Below, in pieces: positions 26,441 to 37,811 of a stretch of DNA of 64,000 nucleotides. The notes under the pieces are model-generated. The model did not search any database and had not been told where the DNA came from. It worked only from the letters and a program-made list of their open reading frames with translations. Position 1 is the first letter of the stretch. Each line of letters begins with the position of its first letter. The DNA lies in contig CM120642.1 in NCBI GenBank assembly GCA_051362555.1, positions 2,542,001-2,606,000 on the forward strand, given 5' to 3'. Origin of the DNA: Lingula anatina. Taxonomy: Eukaryota > Animalia > Brachiopoda. The translations under genes and the position numbers were made by a program.

Positions 26441-29292
26441 GTTTAGGATACTATTGACTGTGGTAAGTGCCGGATGGTAGAGTCACAGGTGAGCAACATG
26501 GCGCAGAGTGAGAGACCTAGTGAACGTGTGCGTGTGTTTTTTTATGGTATTGTGTTAAATAAATAGTTGATTAGTGCTCGCTCGAATACAGAGGTACCCG
26601 TGACAAACTTGACTGACACCCATACGAGGGCGGAAAAGACCCAAGAGTTGATAATGATTTATCATTGGTTAGATTTTGTTTGATGGCAATATGCGGAGTA
26701 GCAGACGACATATATCATACACATTGGTTTTGACAGTTAGGGAGTAGCCTAATATTGGAATTGATGTTTGACAAGTACAACAAAATGAAAAGCACAGTGT
26801 CTGTCTTCGTACTTCAGATGATTGGTTTATTTGGGCTTTTTTGTCAGATTTTAAAACCCCATATAAGACTCGATGAACATTAGGGATCGTGTCAAAGTTT
26901 ATTTTAAACGAATTTAATGAGTTACAGTTGATAGTTTGCTAGAAGATCATGGCACCATACAAGGCTTTTCAAAGGAAAGAGTTTGATCTCCTCTGGTGTT
27001 AGGTCACCTGAAATGGGGTGAACCGTACATGTATGGTCATTCATTTTGAGCATATATAGGCCTACATGTACAGATGCCCAATTAATTGTGTTATCGTGGA
27101 AGACCACTCTACCAACTGGTACGATATATATGATTATATCCATCTAGAGGCAATGCAAATGGCCCAAATTGATGCTTTATATTATACATCAGAGAAGAGG
27201 GAATTCCTGAGAGTTTGCACTCTGATGAGGAGTGGGGCGTCATTTTTATTTAAAAAAAATAAATAAAGCAATTTATGAGATCTAGCTGCTTGACAGTTAT
27301 AAATGAAGGATGGCACCGTGCCAACCATAAGAAAAAGGAATGGGAGAGGAGATCAGTTGGCCATTAAAAGACAAATATTGCAGAGCTCAGGACTAGGAAT
27401 GAGTCACATTTGTATTGGCGGGATTCTTGTTCATGCGTGAAGGGTATGACATCTTCGGTCTGAGGGGATTTACAGAACTCCCAAGGCACAGTGCTTGGAA
27501 AAGGTGGAGAAATTGATTTGCCTAGGACGTTTTAATTTAGCTGCAAGCAACATTTTCTTTAGACAGCTGGGAAATGTGACCCTGGCACAAGACTGAGACA
27601 CAAAAAATTATGTTACAAATGGGCACGGCGCAATTCGTACAGAGCAGGTGAGAAAACACGGTTACTTGCAGCGGCGTATAAAAATTAGCACAGAGAATTA
27701 GTAATCCCATGGGAAGGAATCTACTTTTGTAATGAAAAGACTTCAACATGGTGAAAGTATACCAGGAGTATGGGAATTGTGTGACGAGTACAACATGAGT
27801 CGCCGTCCAAAATGGGTCCTGTGACGTCGTAAAAAGGCCCACGCTTTAGCGTGTGAGCAAACTGTCATACCCAGATGTACCAGTACGCCAGGACAGGATC
27901 AAGTAGGCCCTATTCAATGTTGTTTAAAGGCACTATATACACAGTATATAATTTAGTTATTTGAAGTGATCGTTGGCACTGAAAAATAACCTGCAAGGCA
28001 ATACCTTCTTCATTTTTGACCTCATTTTTTTGCCGTGTAGAAGCAATATTAATGCCGAAAGACAAGTGCACGTCTGGTAAAAAGTACCCCAGCTTTAAAT
28101 ACTTTTTAACCAATAAAAAAGTGATATTTGGCAAAGAACTCGATTGATAGCTTGCTGTATTATTTGGCTTGAGTATACCCAGAAAGAGGAAAATCGCATT
28201 TTACCGAAGAACACTTTTCAAACCGAATAAAGCGTATATCGCCACGGCCACATAACATGTCTATATGTGTGTATTAAAAGGTTGGAAATACTCTCCTAAA
28301 TAAAAATTTTAAAATCGGCTACTTTTATATCATGAGACAGCGATCGGGTGAAATCCACTGAATGAAGCGCACAGAATAATATCGAACCCCTAAGAAGTTT
28401 TGATCAGCAAGAAAACCCAACTTTTATCTTTTATCGAGGGAGACTTTCCAAACACGTGTACAATTAATATTGAAAATTCAATTGGGGGGGGAGGGGGGGT
28501 AAGACCCAAATCCGCCTGTAGCGTTAGGTAACGAAACGTGCAGTCAAAGTCGTCACTGATGATTTCATAATTAATTCATAGATATTATATGCACGTTTTG
28601 GGCCTATCTCAATACCAGCAGATAATATGACAGGCTGCAATGAATTATTTCTCTTGTCATCTTTGTGGATTAAGCTCATGTGCCTTAAATCCCAGCTAGA
28701 AGAAAACATATTGAAATGTGCTGTTGATTTAATTGTGGTCACAGTTTGGAGAATACCGGGAACAAAAAGCAACCAAGTTTTTCAGCGAGTTGAGAAGTGT
28801 GGCTGTTGGCAACGTAAGTGTATAACAGCATCTTTTTTACATTTTATAAAGAATACGTCGACGTGGCATTCGACTGATAAGAAAATTATGTTATTTCATC
28901 CATTTACATGTATCATCTACAGTGTATACCCCCTGTATATCTACATGTATCCATCTTAACAAAGAAATGGGTAGTTTTTAAGGTACATGAAGATCTCTCT
29001 CTCTCTCTTTCAAATACACACACGTATGAACAAACGCACACACACACTAAAATATAACATTAATTTGTCTAATGGGCCACAGATTGGTGATTACAAATAA
29101 TAACATGTACATACATCCTGACCGCAAGGAGCACTAGTATATGTAGAATCTTAAAATTATTGAATAATCTCTTCTTCACATTTAAATGCTATAGAATACT
29201 GAAGACCCGTCTGACACCAGAAGGTAGAACTGGAACGTACATGTAACAATTAAGCTCTGACAATTAATATTACAATATTATTATATTTTCAG

Positions 29293-30444
29293 ATGAACAT
29301 TAGACCAAGGATAGACAGGTGTCGCATAGCCTTGGTAATAGCCTTCCTGCTCATGTTCCAAATCGGTGTCTTGAGAGAAGTCCTAGAATTAAGATTGAGG
29401 CAAAGACGACAGGAGAGTATGGTGTATTTACCCCAGGAAACTGTGCTCAGAGTAGAGCGACTCCTGCAGGCTGGGGGGTTACCAGTCCAGAACAACCAAA
29501 AACTTGCTGGAGCCGACAACATTAATGGCGAACCAAGTGATAAGGAAGAAGCAAAAAGATCTTCCTATGAATTAGAAAGATTCAATAACATGTTGAAGGC
29601 GTGGCCCGTCAACAAACCAAAAGCAGCCATCTACATCTTAGTCAAATCTTCTCGATTTACTTCCACCCTAAAGGACGGACTCGACCGGTTGGATAGATAT
29701 TTTAACGATATCTATCACTACCCATTGGTACTGTTTCACGAGACAGGCGTCAGCGATACTGACATAGCATCCATTCGCTCTTGGACGAGGTCAGACGTTT
29801 ACTTTCAACTCGTGAAATTCTCAGTTCCTAAATGGATAAACGAAACAAAATTGGAGGGCGATATTGCTAAAGCAGGCGATAAGCGCTATGGTTACAGACA
29901 TATGTGTAGGTTTCATGCTATAAGCATGCAGGTCACGCCCATAATGCGCCTGGTCGACTATTACTGGAGGCTAGATGATGACTCACGTTTGATTGGCCAG
30001 GTTCCATTTGACCTTTTCAAGTTCATGGCGAAAGGGAACCTTACTTATGGATATGTGCACATGTCTCCAGAAAATCCCGATTACGTTGTTGGTCTTTATC
30101 CGCGCGTCAATTCATATCTCACCAACAAGCAGATTAAACCAACATTTTTCAGAAAACTGCACAGAAACAGATATTTCTTCAACAATTTTGAACTAGCTAG
30201 TTTACATTTTTGGAGGAGCAAAAACGTTTCCGAATTTCTCAACGCCTTGGATCGGTCAGGGGGATTTTATTATCATCGATGGGGAGACGCTGTAGTGAAG
30301 ACCCTGGTTGTGTCCATTTTTGCACCTATCGGAAGTGTATATCAGTTCACTGAGGTGCCGTATGTGCATAAGAATGTGAACACAACCAGTAGAGAATTCA
30401 GGTATGCTTACGGAAGAAATCTGGCCCAGATGGTAATGTACTGA
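29293..30444 (+). CDS. GT15 (KRE2/MNT1/KTR-like) glycosyltransferase, copy 1; type II membrane protein, single coding exon
   Basis: 383 aa. N-terminal TM segment IALVIAFLLMFQIGVL. Motifs YPLVLFHE, GYRHMCRF, YYWRLDDDS, YGY, NNFEL and GGFYYHRWGDA are characteristic of Glyco_transf_15. The acceptor TTTTCAG directly precedes the ATG. Confidence 0.88.
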   Translation: MNIRPRIDRCRIALVIAFLLMFQIGVLREVLELRLRQRRQESMVYLPQETVLRVERLLQAGGLPVQNNQKLAGADNINGEPSDKEEAKRSSYELERFNNMLKAWPVNKPKAAIYILVKSSRFTSTLKDGLDRLDRYFNDIYHYPLVLFHETGVSDTDIASIRSWTRSDVYFQLVKFSVPKWINETKLEGDIAKAGDKRYGYRHMCRFHAISMQVTPIMRLVDYYWRLDDDSRLIGQVPFDLFKFMAKGNLTYGYVHMSPENPDYVVGLYPRVNSYLTNKQIKPTFFRKLHRNRYFFNNFELASLHFWRSKNVSEFLNALDRSGGFYYHRWGDAVVKTLVVSIFAPIGSVYQFTEVPYVHKNVNTTSREFRYAYGRNLAQMVMY

Positions 30445-30687
30445 TTGAAGACGTTACCAAAACCAAAGACCCGCGGAATATATGGGTTATGACATCTGAG
30501 TGATCAAATAGACTAATTATCGAAATAGACCTAAGTCTGTTACATACCATTATGCTTTGTACAGTATAAATAAAGGGGTCCTGTATGAGAGTTGACTTGA
30601 AAAAAAAAACGGTTGTAAGAAAAGATCTCTGTATTTTTTAAGACTACGTTTCTGTTTCCTTTGTGCCAGTCACATGCATTCCCCATT

Positions 30688-30730
<43 letters not shown>

Positions 30731-31859
30731 TTTTTTGTATTGCAATATAAGACTGGGAATTTAATTGTTATTGGTCACGTATATAATATACAAGAAATGG
30801 CATCTCTTGCACTTTCATAAAGTAGTAATTTGTTAGCTTATTTAAGGGATCAATACAATCGTCTTGGTAAATGAATTAATGTATTAGGAGTAATGCATTT
30901 GTATTTTAACTTAAAAGTTTTTAAATAACTTCTGGCAAAATGATATATTTCTCTTCTTTCTATGGTTAAGTATGTAAAAAGTGTATGGTATAGTGTTATT
31001 AAACAGTTACCAGGGAAAAGGACAATTAAAAAGTAAGAGGTTTTTTTTGTTGTTTTTAGTGTGTCGCCACTTATGTACCGTACATATACCGATATGTAGA
31101 AGAACTATGACAAGACAATAATTATTCAGAATAACATGTAATAAGAGTTACATAGGGGAAAATGCAAACAAGTTGAATCTGGCCCAGTAGGGGCCAATAT
31201 AACCAAGATAATTTCCTTATGCCAAAGTGCCGTAATCCAAAATGGCCGCCGAGGCACAGAGAATTGGATATAAATGAGCATATTTCAGCTTTGGAAATAA
31301 GAGACATAGAAAGTTTCCTTACATTTACCATACTTCAGTAACAACCTTGGAAAATTAAAAAGTATTTAACCGATATGCTTTATTATGTATAAAGTCACGC
31401 TATCAAAGAGTACGTTCAAGGCACCAGGGCACACCACGCACGATGTAATGCACCCCACCGGCAATTTGGACTACCCGGAATCATACGCTTACACGCTTTA
31501 CAGAAATAATGTAATGGAAATGGAAGTAAAATGGAAATTTAATACATACTTCAGGTACATACATCAGATCGAAAGAACTTTTTTGAATCGACCCTCTCTC
31601 CCCCCCCCCCCCCCCCCCTTTGCCTCAATTCAATACCGATCTGCTGCGTAGTTGGTAAAGGCTAAAGACCAATGACCACCCCCGCCTAAGTATCATTTTA
31701 AAGACTTTAAAGCAGAGAAAAGAAATATAATTGACGACAAAGACTTTATGATAATGTCGAGCAGTAATTTGTGGTCAAAGTCGATCACTAATTCAAAACT
31801 ATACCGGATTTTTATGCAAAAGGTAATTTGCTCGGACACAAGAGTGCCTGCATTCGTTT

Positions 31860-32010
31860 TTGATTGCAGGGCCAGCTCATTGTTGTGGTGAACTGACATG
31901 CGTCATCTGGGATTTGAACCCGTGACTTGCCGTCACCATGGTTTGCTGATGGCTTGAAATTTTTATTTTTTACTACCAAGCACGCTATCGACTGCGCCGT
32001 TGCTGCCCCG
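31860..32010 (-). mobile_element. tRNA-derived SINE-like head (degenerate)
   Basis: On the minus strand there is an A-box-like GGCGCAGTCGATAGCG and a B-box GGTTCAAATCC. It does not fold into a full cloverleaf. Confidence 0.4.
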
Positions 32011-32551
32011 CCCACCATGCGTACTTAAAAGTTTCCTCTTATAGCAAACAAAAGCAAATTTTAGAAATTATTTCGAGCAAAAATATCACATTGAAAATCT
32101 CAGGATTCGAACTCGCGTCCAGCTGTATCAAGCCGTGTACAAGACGGTGGAGTTACCGCGGAGCCACAGAAGCTTCATTAACATTCTTCGGATCAAATGG
32201 AAACTTTCTACTTTCTCACAGAAAGGGCCAGTTAGCCGTGGGCAGTTCATATGTGTTTCATCCTGCGCATCGAGAGTCTGCAAACATGGTATTATCATCA
32301 ACGTTGTTAAAGTTCTAAATCCACCGTTTACGGTGCAAACCTTAGCATACACTAATACTGTATATGCCACTTATACGATATTCAACGGTGTAAATGCACT
32401 ACCAATACGCTATTTCTCTGCTGCTTATTCGTTCCTTCTCATACACTGGAGAAAAGGGTGATATCACGCGCTCCGAGCTATGCGTTTAGTCGATTCCACC
32501 TACGATAGCCTACTCATACGTGTCTCTTTTACGCTACCGGTAGGTGTGAAA

Positions 32552-32555
<4 letters not shown>

Positions 32556-32611
<56 letters not shown>
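32556..32611. repeat. (TA)n microsatellite
   Basis: Perfect TA run. Confidence 0.95.
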
Positions 32612-32614
<3 letters not shown>

Positions 32615-32947
32615 TGTATAAGCGCTGTTACACCTACACTTATATATCTCTATTTAGGTCCAAGCCTGAAGTAACACCTTTCTGGGTTACGCTGAGTGCA
32701 AGTAACCAATCAGTTTCTGATGTAGTTCACTGGCATTTTTTTTATTAATGAATGGTGTGTATAAAAAATAAATGATGTATATAAAACGAAAAACAGGGGG
32801 AAAACCCTGCTTGAAGCTGAAATTTGACCGTAATTGGATATGTTTCATGTAACCTTTAATACAGCAGAATAAAGATTGTTCTAGTAACGATCGCCATGGA
32901 GTCGTTTCATTCTTTTCCGTGTGCAGAGTTGAAGACGTTTAGCTTAA

Positions 32948-33278
32948 AAGGATAACAACCATTCATTTTGGCCAAAAATGAATTTTCCTGGGGTAAACAG
33001 CAATTTTCCCATATTTACCAGTGGTTAAAGAATCCATTTCAAAATTCAAAGTAAGTCCGTGGTTTTTTCTAAAAAGTTTTTTTATAATAATCTCTTAAGA
33101 GATTATTACATAGTATAGCCATCTATGGAGGTCACGTGGTCCGATGACAAGTACAGATTTTAGATTAATTGCTATAACGGCCGTTTTTGTGGTAAAATAG
33201 AATATATTATATTTCTATGGGTTGTTTACAATGTATTCATTGTGAAATAAAGATCTCATACGAAGAGTTGTTATCCCT
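32948..33278. mobile_element. Non-autonomous TTAA-targeting DNA transposon (Kolobok-like)
   Basis: TTAA|AAGGATAACAAC ... GTTGTTATCCCT|TTAA: short TIRs starting with purines and a TTAA TSD. Confidence 0.65.
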
Positions 33279-33405
33279 TTAAGAATTTCTGTTATAATGC
33301 TAATCTTTCCAGAGAGAGAGAGAGACTGTAGGGCACAGTTTTGAGAGTTCATTACAACGGTCTAATGTAACGTTGGGAATAAAATGTTGTTGAGACACAG
33401 TTATG

Positions 33406-34770
33406 TGTGAGATAATACATTGTCACCCGAGCGATATATGCCATAACACCTCGAGCGTCAGCGAGAGGTGTTCATGGCATATATCGCGAGAGGGTGACAG
33501 TGTATTATTTGACATACATACCGAGAACAAACAGTCATTTCATCCTAAAACACCCCTAAAATCGAATAAAGTGACCCTATATCACGCTCTAGAGATGTTA
33601 TACGGAATAAACTTGTCCACGTGCGCTGGTCACCTCCCGCCAAATTCTTACGTAATGTCTGACCAATTTGGTCAATTTTTGCTAAATACTTGTCGTGGAC
33701 GTTCAACTGGCGTGAAAAGTATTTAATCAACCGTCGACACTGACCATGCGCGTCTCAGCTGAGCCACACCTTGCTGGGACTGCTGAGGAAAAAAGGTCCC
33801 AAGGCAAAACCTCTACCTTTTAGTGACATTTCTGATAAACAAGGAGCGTCGGACCGGAATATAATTTTTCACAAGTGCAAAGGAGAAAGAGATTTACTTT
33901 TTGTTGATATTTCTGACAACGAGGCAGTTTCGGAATATGGTCAAAATCAGACGGATGTTTATTACAAGTTCACGGGAGTTATAATTCTAGTTTTTATTGT
34001 TATTTCTGACGACGAGGCGGTTACGGAATATAGTCAAAATCAAACAGATGTTTATTTCAAGTCCACAGGAGTAACAATTCTACGTTTTGGTGACATTTCT
34101 TACTACGAGGCGGTTCGGAATATACATGTGCTGGTTTTCAGAGCATTTATGTGCTACATGTAATTACAAGTTCAAAGGGGAATATATTTGATTTTTACCA
34201 ATATATCTGATAAAGAAGAAGAATGAACAGCTTAAAAACAAAAGGTAAATAGCACAACCCTCGTTAAAAAGTTATAGATTTACAAATAATTTGTACATGT
34301 ATGCACGTGTGGCTTAAATGTAAACGAATTTCTGTTTTCAAACCATACCCATATGATATGACTTAGTGTAATAAAATTATAAATAATAATTGATAAACGT
34401 TAAAAGTTTATGCTAATTTTTTAAGAGTGTGAGAGATTTTAAATTTGTCTAATGGTAGGTGTATAAAGCAAGCAGCGTCACTATTCTCTTGATGCCAAGA
34501 TGGTCACATGATCACTCTGTCTTTGGATTTCAGCATTTAAGAGACCTCGACTGATTTAACCAAGATGTAGTCGTGAAATTCTAGACTACATCGAGGTTAA
34601 ATCAGAGTTTTCCGAGAGACGCTACGCAGAAATGTCGAGTGAAGCGAGATATTTTTGGGTAGCAGCTCGAGGTTGCCCTCGATCTTCACTGAAGCTTGGC
34701 TAAATGGACAGGCTTCAGTGATCATCATATCGCCACGGTCATATAACATCCCTAGGTAGGTATATCACAA
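33406..34770. mobile_element. Putative non-autonomous element with subterminal hairpins and an internal 93-bp tandem repeat
   Basis: A ~108-bp hairpin at 33406-33514 and a second at 34551-34605 (CTGATTTAACC..GATGTAGTC/GACTACATC..GGTTAAATCAG). About 3.5 copies of a ~93-bp unit at 33820-34120. The boundaries are approximate. Confidence 0.45.
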
Positions 34771-35789
34771 TCCGCTAGGGGCGCTACAGTCGTAACTATC
34801 CAGGGGCAGTGAGCACTCGGCTCACCGTCGATTGATTCCTGCGTCATCATTTATAATCTGCAGAAGCGACTAAAGAATAATTCGCTAGTTTTGATGATTG
34901 TGCAAAAATGTTATGGCGTAAACGGGAGTCGTCTTATTCTAGCTGAGGTTTAGATGGTGTGAAAACGCATAATCATTAAAGGTGTGGAAAGTAAAGCGCC
35001 ATGGAAAAGCTAGGCTTTAAAAGCCTGGGTTTTCTTCCCCACCCATTAGATTAACATACAGCCCTAATTGCCCTAATTGGTCACAAGCAATTTGAGCTGC
35101 AGCTACAGCTGAGTGATCACCGCTGCTCAGTAGTGACAGGTTTTAAGCTGAAGAGTGTGGACACTTTTGGTGAATTTTTGCAGTTAAAAAATTTCAATAT
35201 CTTTGTTGCTTGTAGGAATATTAAAAAAATTCCAAGTGATTTCATCCGGTTTTTGTATTACCTTTCAGATGATATAAGTATTATAATTTTATGATCAGTT
35301 TGAAAATTTTTCTGATATACCTACCCTAGGTATGTATGTTTCATATACTGTCATGCCTATAATTCACGCGACAACTAATTGATCATTTTCTGACGTCTGT
35401 ACGCGTACATGGTGACGAGATAATTATAGGGCAAAACACAATGGCAATGAAAATAAGAAGACGTCAAGCCCGCCCTATGTTCGCTAATATGCAAATCAAC
35501 CCCCGCTTGTCCATCGGTGGCGGCTTGTCACCCTGTTTATGCTCGACGGGGAGTTAATTGCCGCTTGCTGTAAGCCGACGTAATTACATAGTTGCTTATC
35601 TGCCGGTACTGTTCCTTTCTCTAGGCTGCCACAGGGCCTATCTCCTGCCTTGCTAACGGGTTTTTCTTCACTTTGCAAAGTTTTGTTTGAAAGATTTAAT
35701 ATTTATGTGGGGTAGTCATGAATAAAGTATGCCCCAACCAGATGTTATGGTGCAATGAATTACATATGAAGTAAGGTCAATGTGAATAA

Positions 35790-36306
35790 GGCTTCGTTCA
35801 CATGCAATGTCTATTTTCTAAATTCTATTTTCTATTCGCGCTATCTTATGATCACGGTCTGTGCACTAAATATCCCGCCGCGTAATTACTGGCAGCGCGA
35901 GCCAGTTACTTATAGTGACTTATAGTAACTGGCTCGCGCTGCCAGTAATTACGCCGCGGGATATTCAGTGCACAGACCGTGATCATAAGACATGCCGCAA
36001 ATAGAAAATAGAATTTAGAAAATAGACCTTGCATGTGAACGAAGCCTAAGGCTTCGTTCACATGCAAGGTCTATTTTCTAAATTCTATTTTCTATTTGCG
36101 GCATGTCTTATGATCACGGTCTGTGCACTGAATATCCCGCCGCGTAATTACTGGCAGCGCGAGCCAGTTACTATAAGTCACTATAAGTAACTGGCTCGCG
36201 CTGCCAGTAATTACGCGGCGGGATATTCAGTGCACAGACCGTGATCATAAGATAGCGCGAATAGAAAATAGAATTTAGAAAATAGACATTGCATGTGAAC
36301 GAAGCC
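35790..36306. mobile_element. Two PIF/Harbinger-type MITEs (257 bp each) in inverted tandem
   Basis: Layout is TAA-[35790-36046]-TAA-[36050-36306]-TAA. Each unit is itself a near-palindrome with termini GGCTTCGTTCACATGC. The second unit is the reverse complement of the first, with about 2 mismatches. Confidence 0.9.
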
Positions 36307-36665
36307 TAAGGCTTTGTTCCAGTGTATGAGAAGGAACGAATTTATACGCAGCTTTAGATACGCCTATCCTACTGGCTTAGTTGGAACCTGAATTTGGAGA
36401 ACAAGGGTGCACATGTTGCCGACTTAGTTTTGTAGGCGAGATGAAACGTTCAGCTATTTGCATCGTAAGTGTGTAATAGTATCTTTGTTCTTCAATTCAG
36501 AATATGATGACGTGACGTGTCATTTGGCTAAAGAAAAGTGTCAATCTAGTTACATGTAACTATCTTAAACAGGAAATGAATAGTTTTCAAGGGGGAAGAG
36601 GAATTCTTCTCAGATTGAGAGATAGAGCTTTGAAAATGTAATTGGCAATATTATGATATTTTCAG

Positions 36666-37811
36666 ATACATTCTACAAGAAGGCTGGGTAGATATCGTAT
36701 CGCCTTGCGAATCGCCTTTGTGCTCCTGTTCCAATTCGGCATATTAAGAGAAGTCCTAGAACTAAGAAAGGCACAAAGGCGGCAGGACAACATGGTGTTT
36801 TTACCCCAGGAGATTCTATTTAAAGTAGAGCGCCTGCTTCAGAGAGTCGAGTTAACAGTCCAAAACAACCCCAAATCTGCCAGAGTCAGTAAAACTAATG
36901 GAAGTTATCTAGGCGAAGAAAAGAGATCTTCCTATGAATTAGAAAAATTCAAAAGCATGTTGAAGGCGTGGCCCGTCAACAAACCTAAAGCAGTCATCTA
37001 CATCTTAGTCAAATCTAATCGATTTTCAATCACCCTCAAGGATGGACTTGGCCGAATAGATAGATATTTCAACAATATGTACCACTATCCAGTGGTGTTG
37101 TTCCACGAGACAGGCCTCAGCGATACCAACATGACGTCTATTCGCTCATGGACAAGATCAGACGTGTTTTTTCAGTTCGTAAAATTCTCGGTTCCTAAAT
37201 GGATAAACGAGACAAAAATGAGGAGCGACGTGGCTAAAGCAAACGATAAGCGTATTGGCTACAGACATATGTGTAGATTTCAATCTATAAGCCTGCAGGT
37301 CACGCCCATAATGCGCCTGGTCGACTATTACTGGAGGTTGGATGATGACTCACGTTTGATTGGCCAGGTTCCATTTGATCTTTTCAAGTTCATGGCGAAA
37401 GGGAACCTCACGTATGGGTATGTACACATGAATCATGAGCATCCTGATTATGTTGTTGGTCTTTATCCGCGCGTCAATGCCTATCTCACCAACAAGCAGA
37501 TTCAACCAACATTCTTCAGAAAACTACGCAGGAATAAATATTTCCTTAACAATTTTGAAATATCTAGTTTGCGATTCTGGAGAAGCAAAAACGTCTCTGA
37601 CTTTCTCAGTGCCTTGGACTGGGCAGGTGGTTTTTATTATCATAGATGGGGAGACGCTGTAGTGAAGACACTAGCGGTATCTATTTTTGCACCTCTTGAA
37701 AGTGTGTATCAATTTACTGAGGTTCCTTATGTCCATAAGTTTGTGAACACTACCAGCAAAGGGTTCATTCGTAATCAGAGAACTAACCTGTCACAAGAAT
37801 TAATAAACTGA
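36666..37811 (+). CDS. GT15 (KRE2/MNT1-like) glycosyltransferase, copy 2; start codon uncertain
   Basis: Open frame from the acceptor TTTTCAG|ATA (36666) to TGA. Colinear with copy 1 and has the same motifs (GYRHMCRF, YYWRLDDDS, NNFEI, GGFYYHRWGDA). The codon matching the copy-1 ATG is ATA. Confidence 0.82.
   Translation: MHSTRRLGRYRIALRIAFVLLFQFGILREVLELRKAQRRQDNMVFLPQEILFKVERLLQRVELTVQNNPKSARVSKTNGSYLGEEKRSSYELEKFKSMLKAWPVNKPKAVIYILVKSNRFSITLKDGLGRIDRYFNNMYHYPVVLFHETGLSDTNMTSIRSWTRSDVFFQFVKFSVPKWINETKMRSDVAKANDKRIGYRHMCRFQSISLQVTPIMRLVDYYWRLDDDSRLIGQVPFDLFKFMAKGNLTYGYVHMNHEHPDYVVGLYPRVNAYLTNKQIQPTFFRKLRRNKYFLNNFEISSLRFWRSKNVSDFLSALDWAGGFYYHRWGDAVVKTLAVSIFAPLESVYQFTEVPYVHKFVNTTSKGFIRNQRTNLSQELIN

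Noticed and set aside
33771-34163. 130-aa repeat ORF as a real gene
   Set aside because: It has a non-ATG start and lies inside a repeat element. The frame stays open because the unit length is a multiple of 3.
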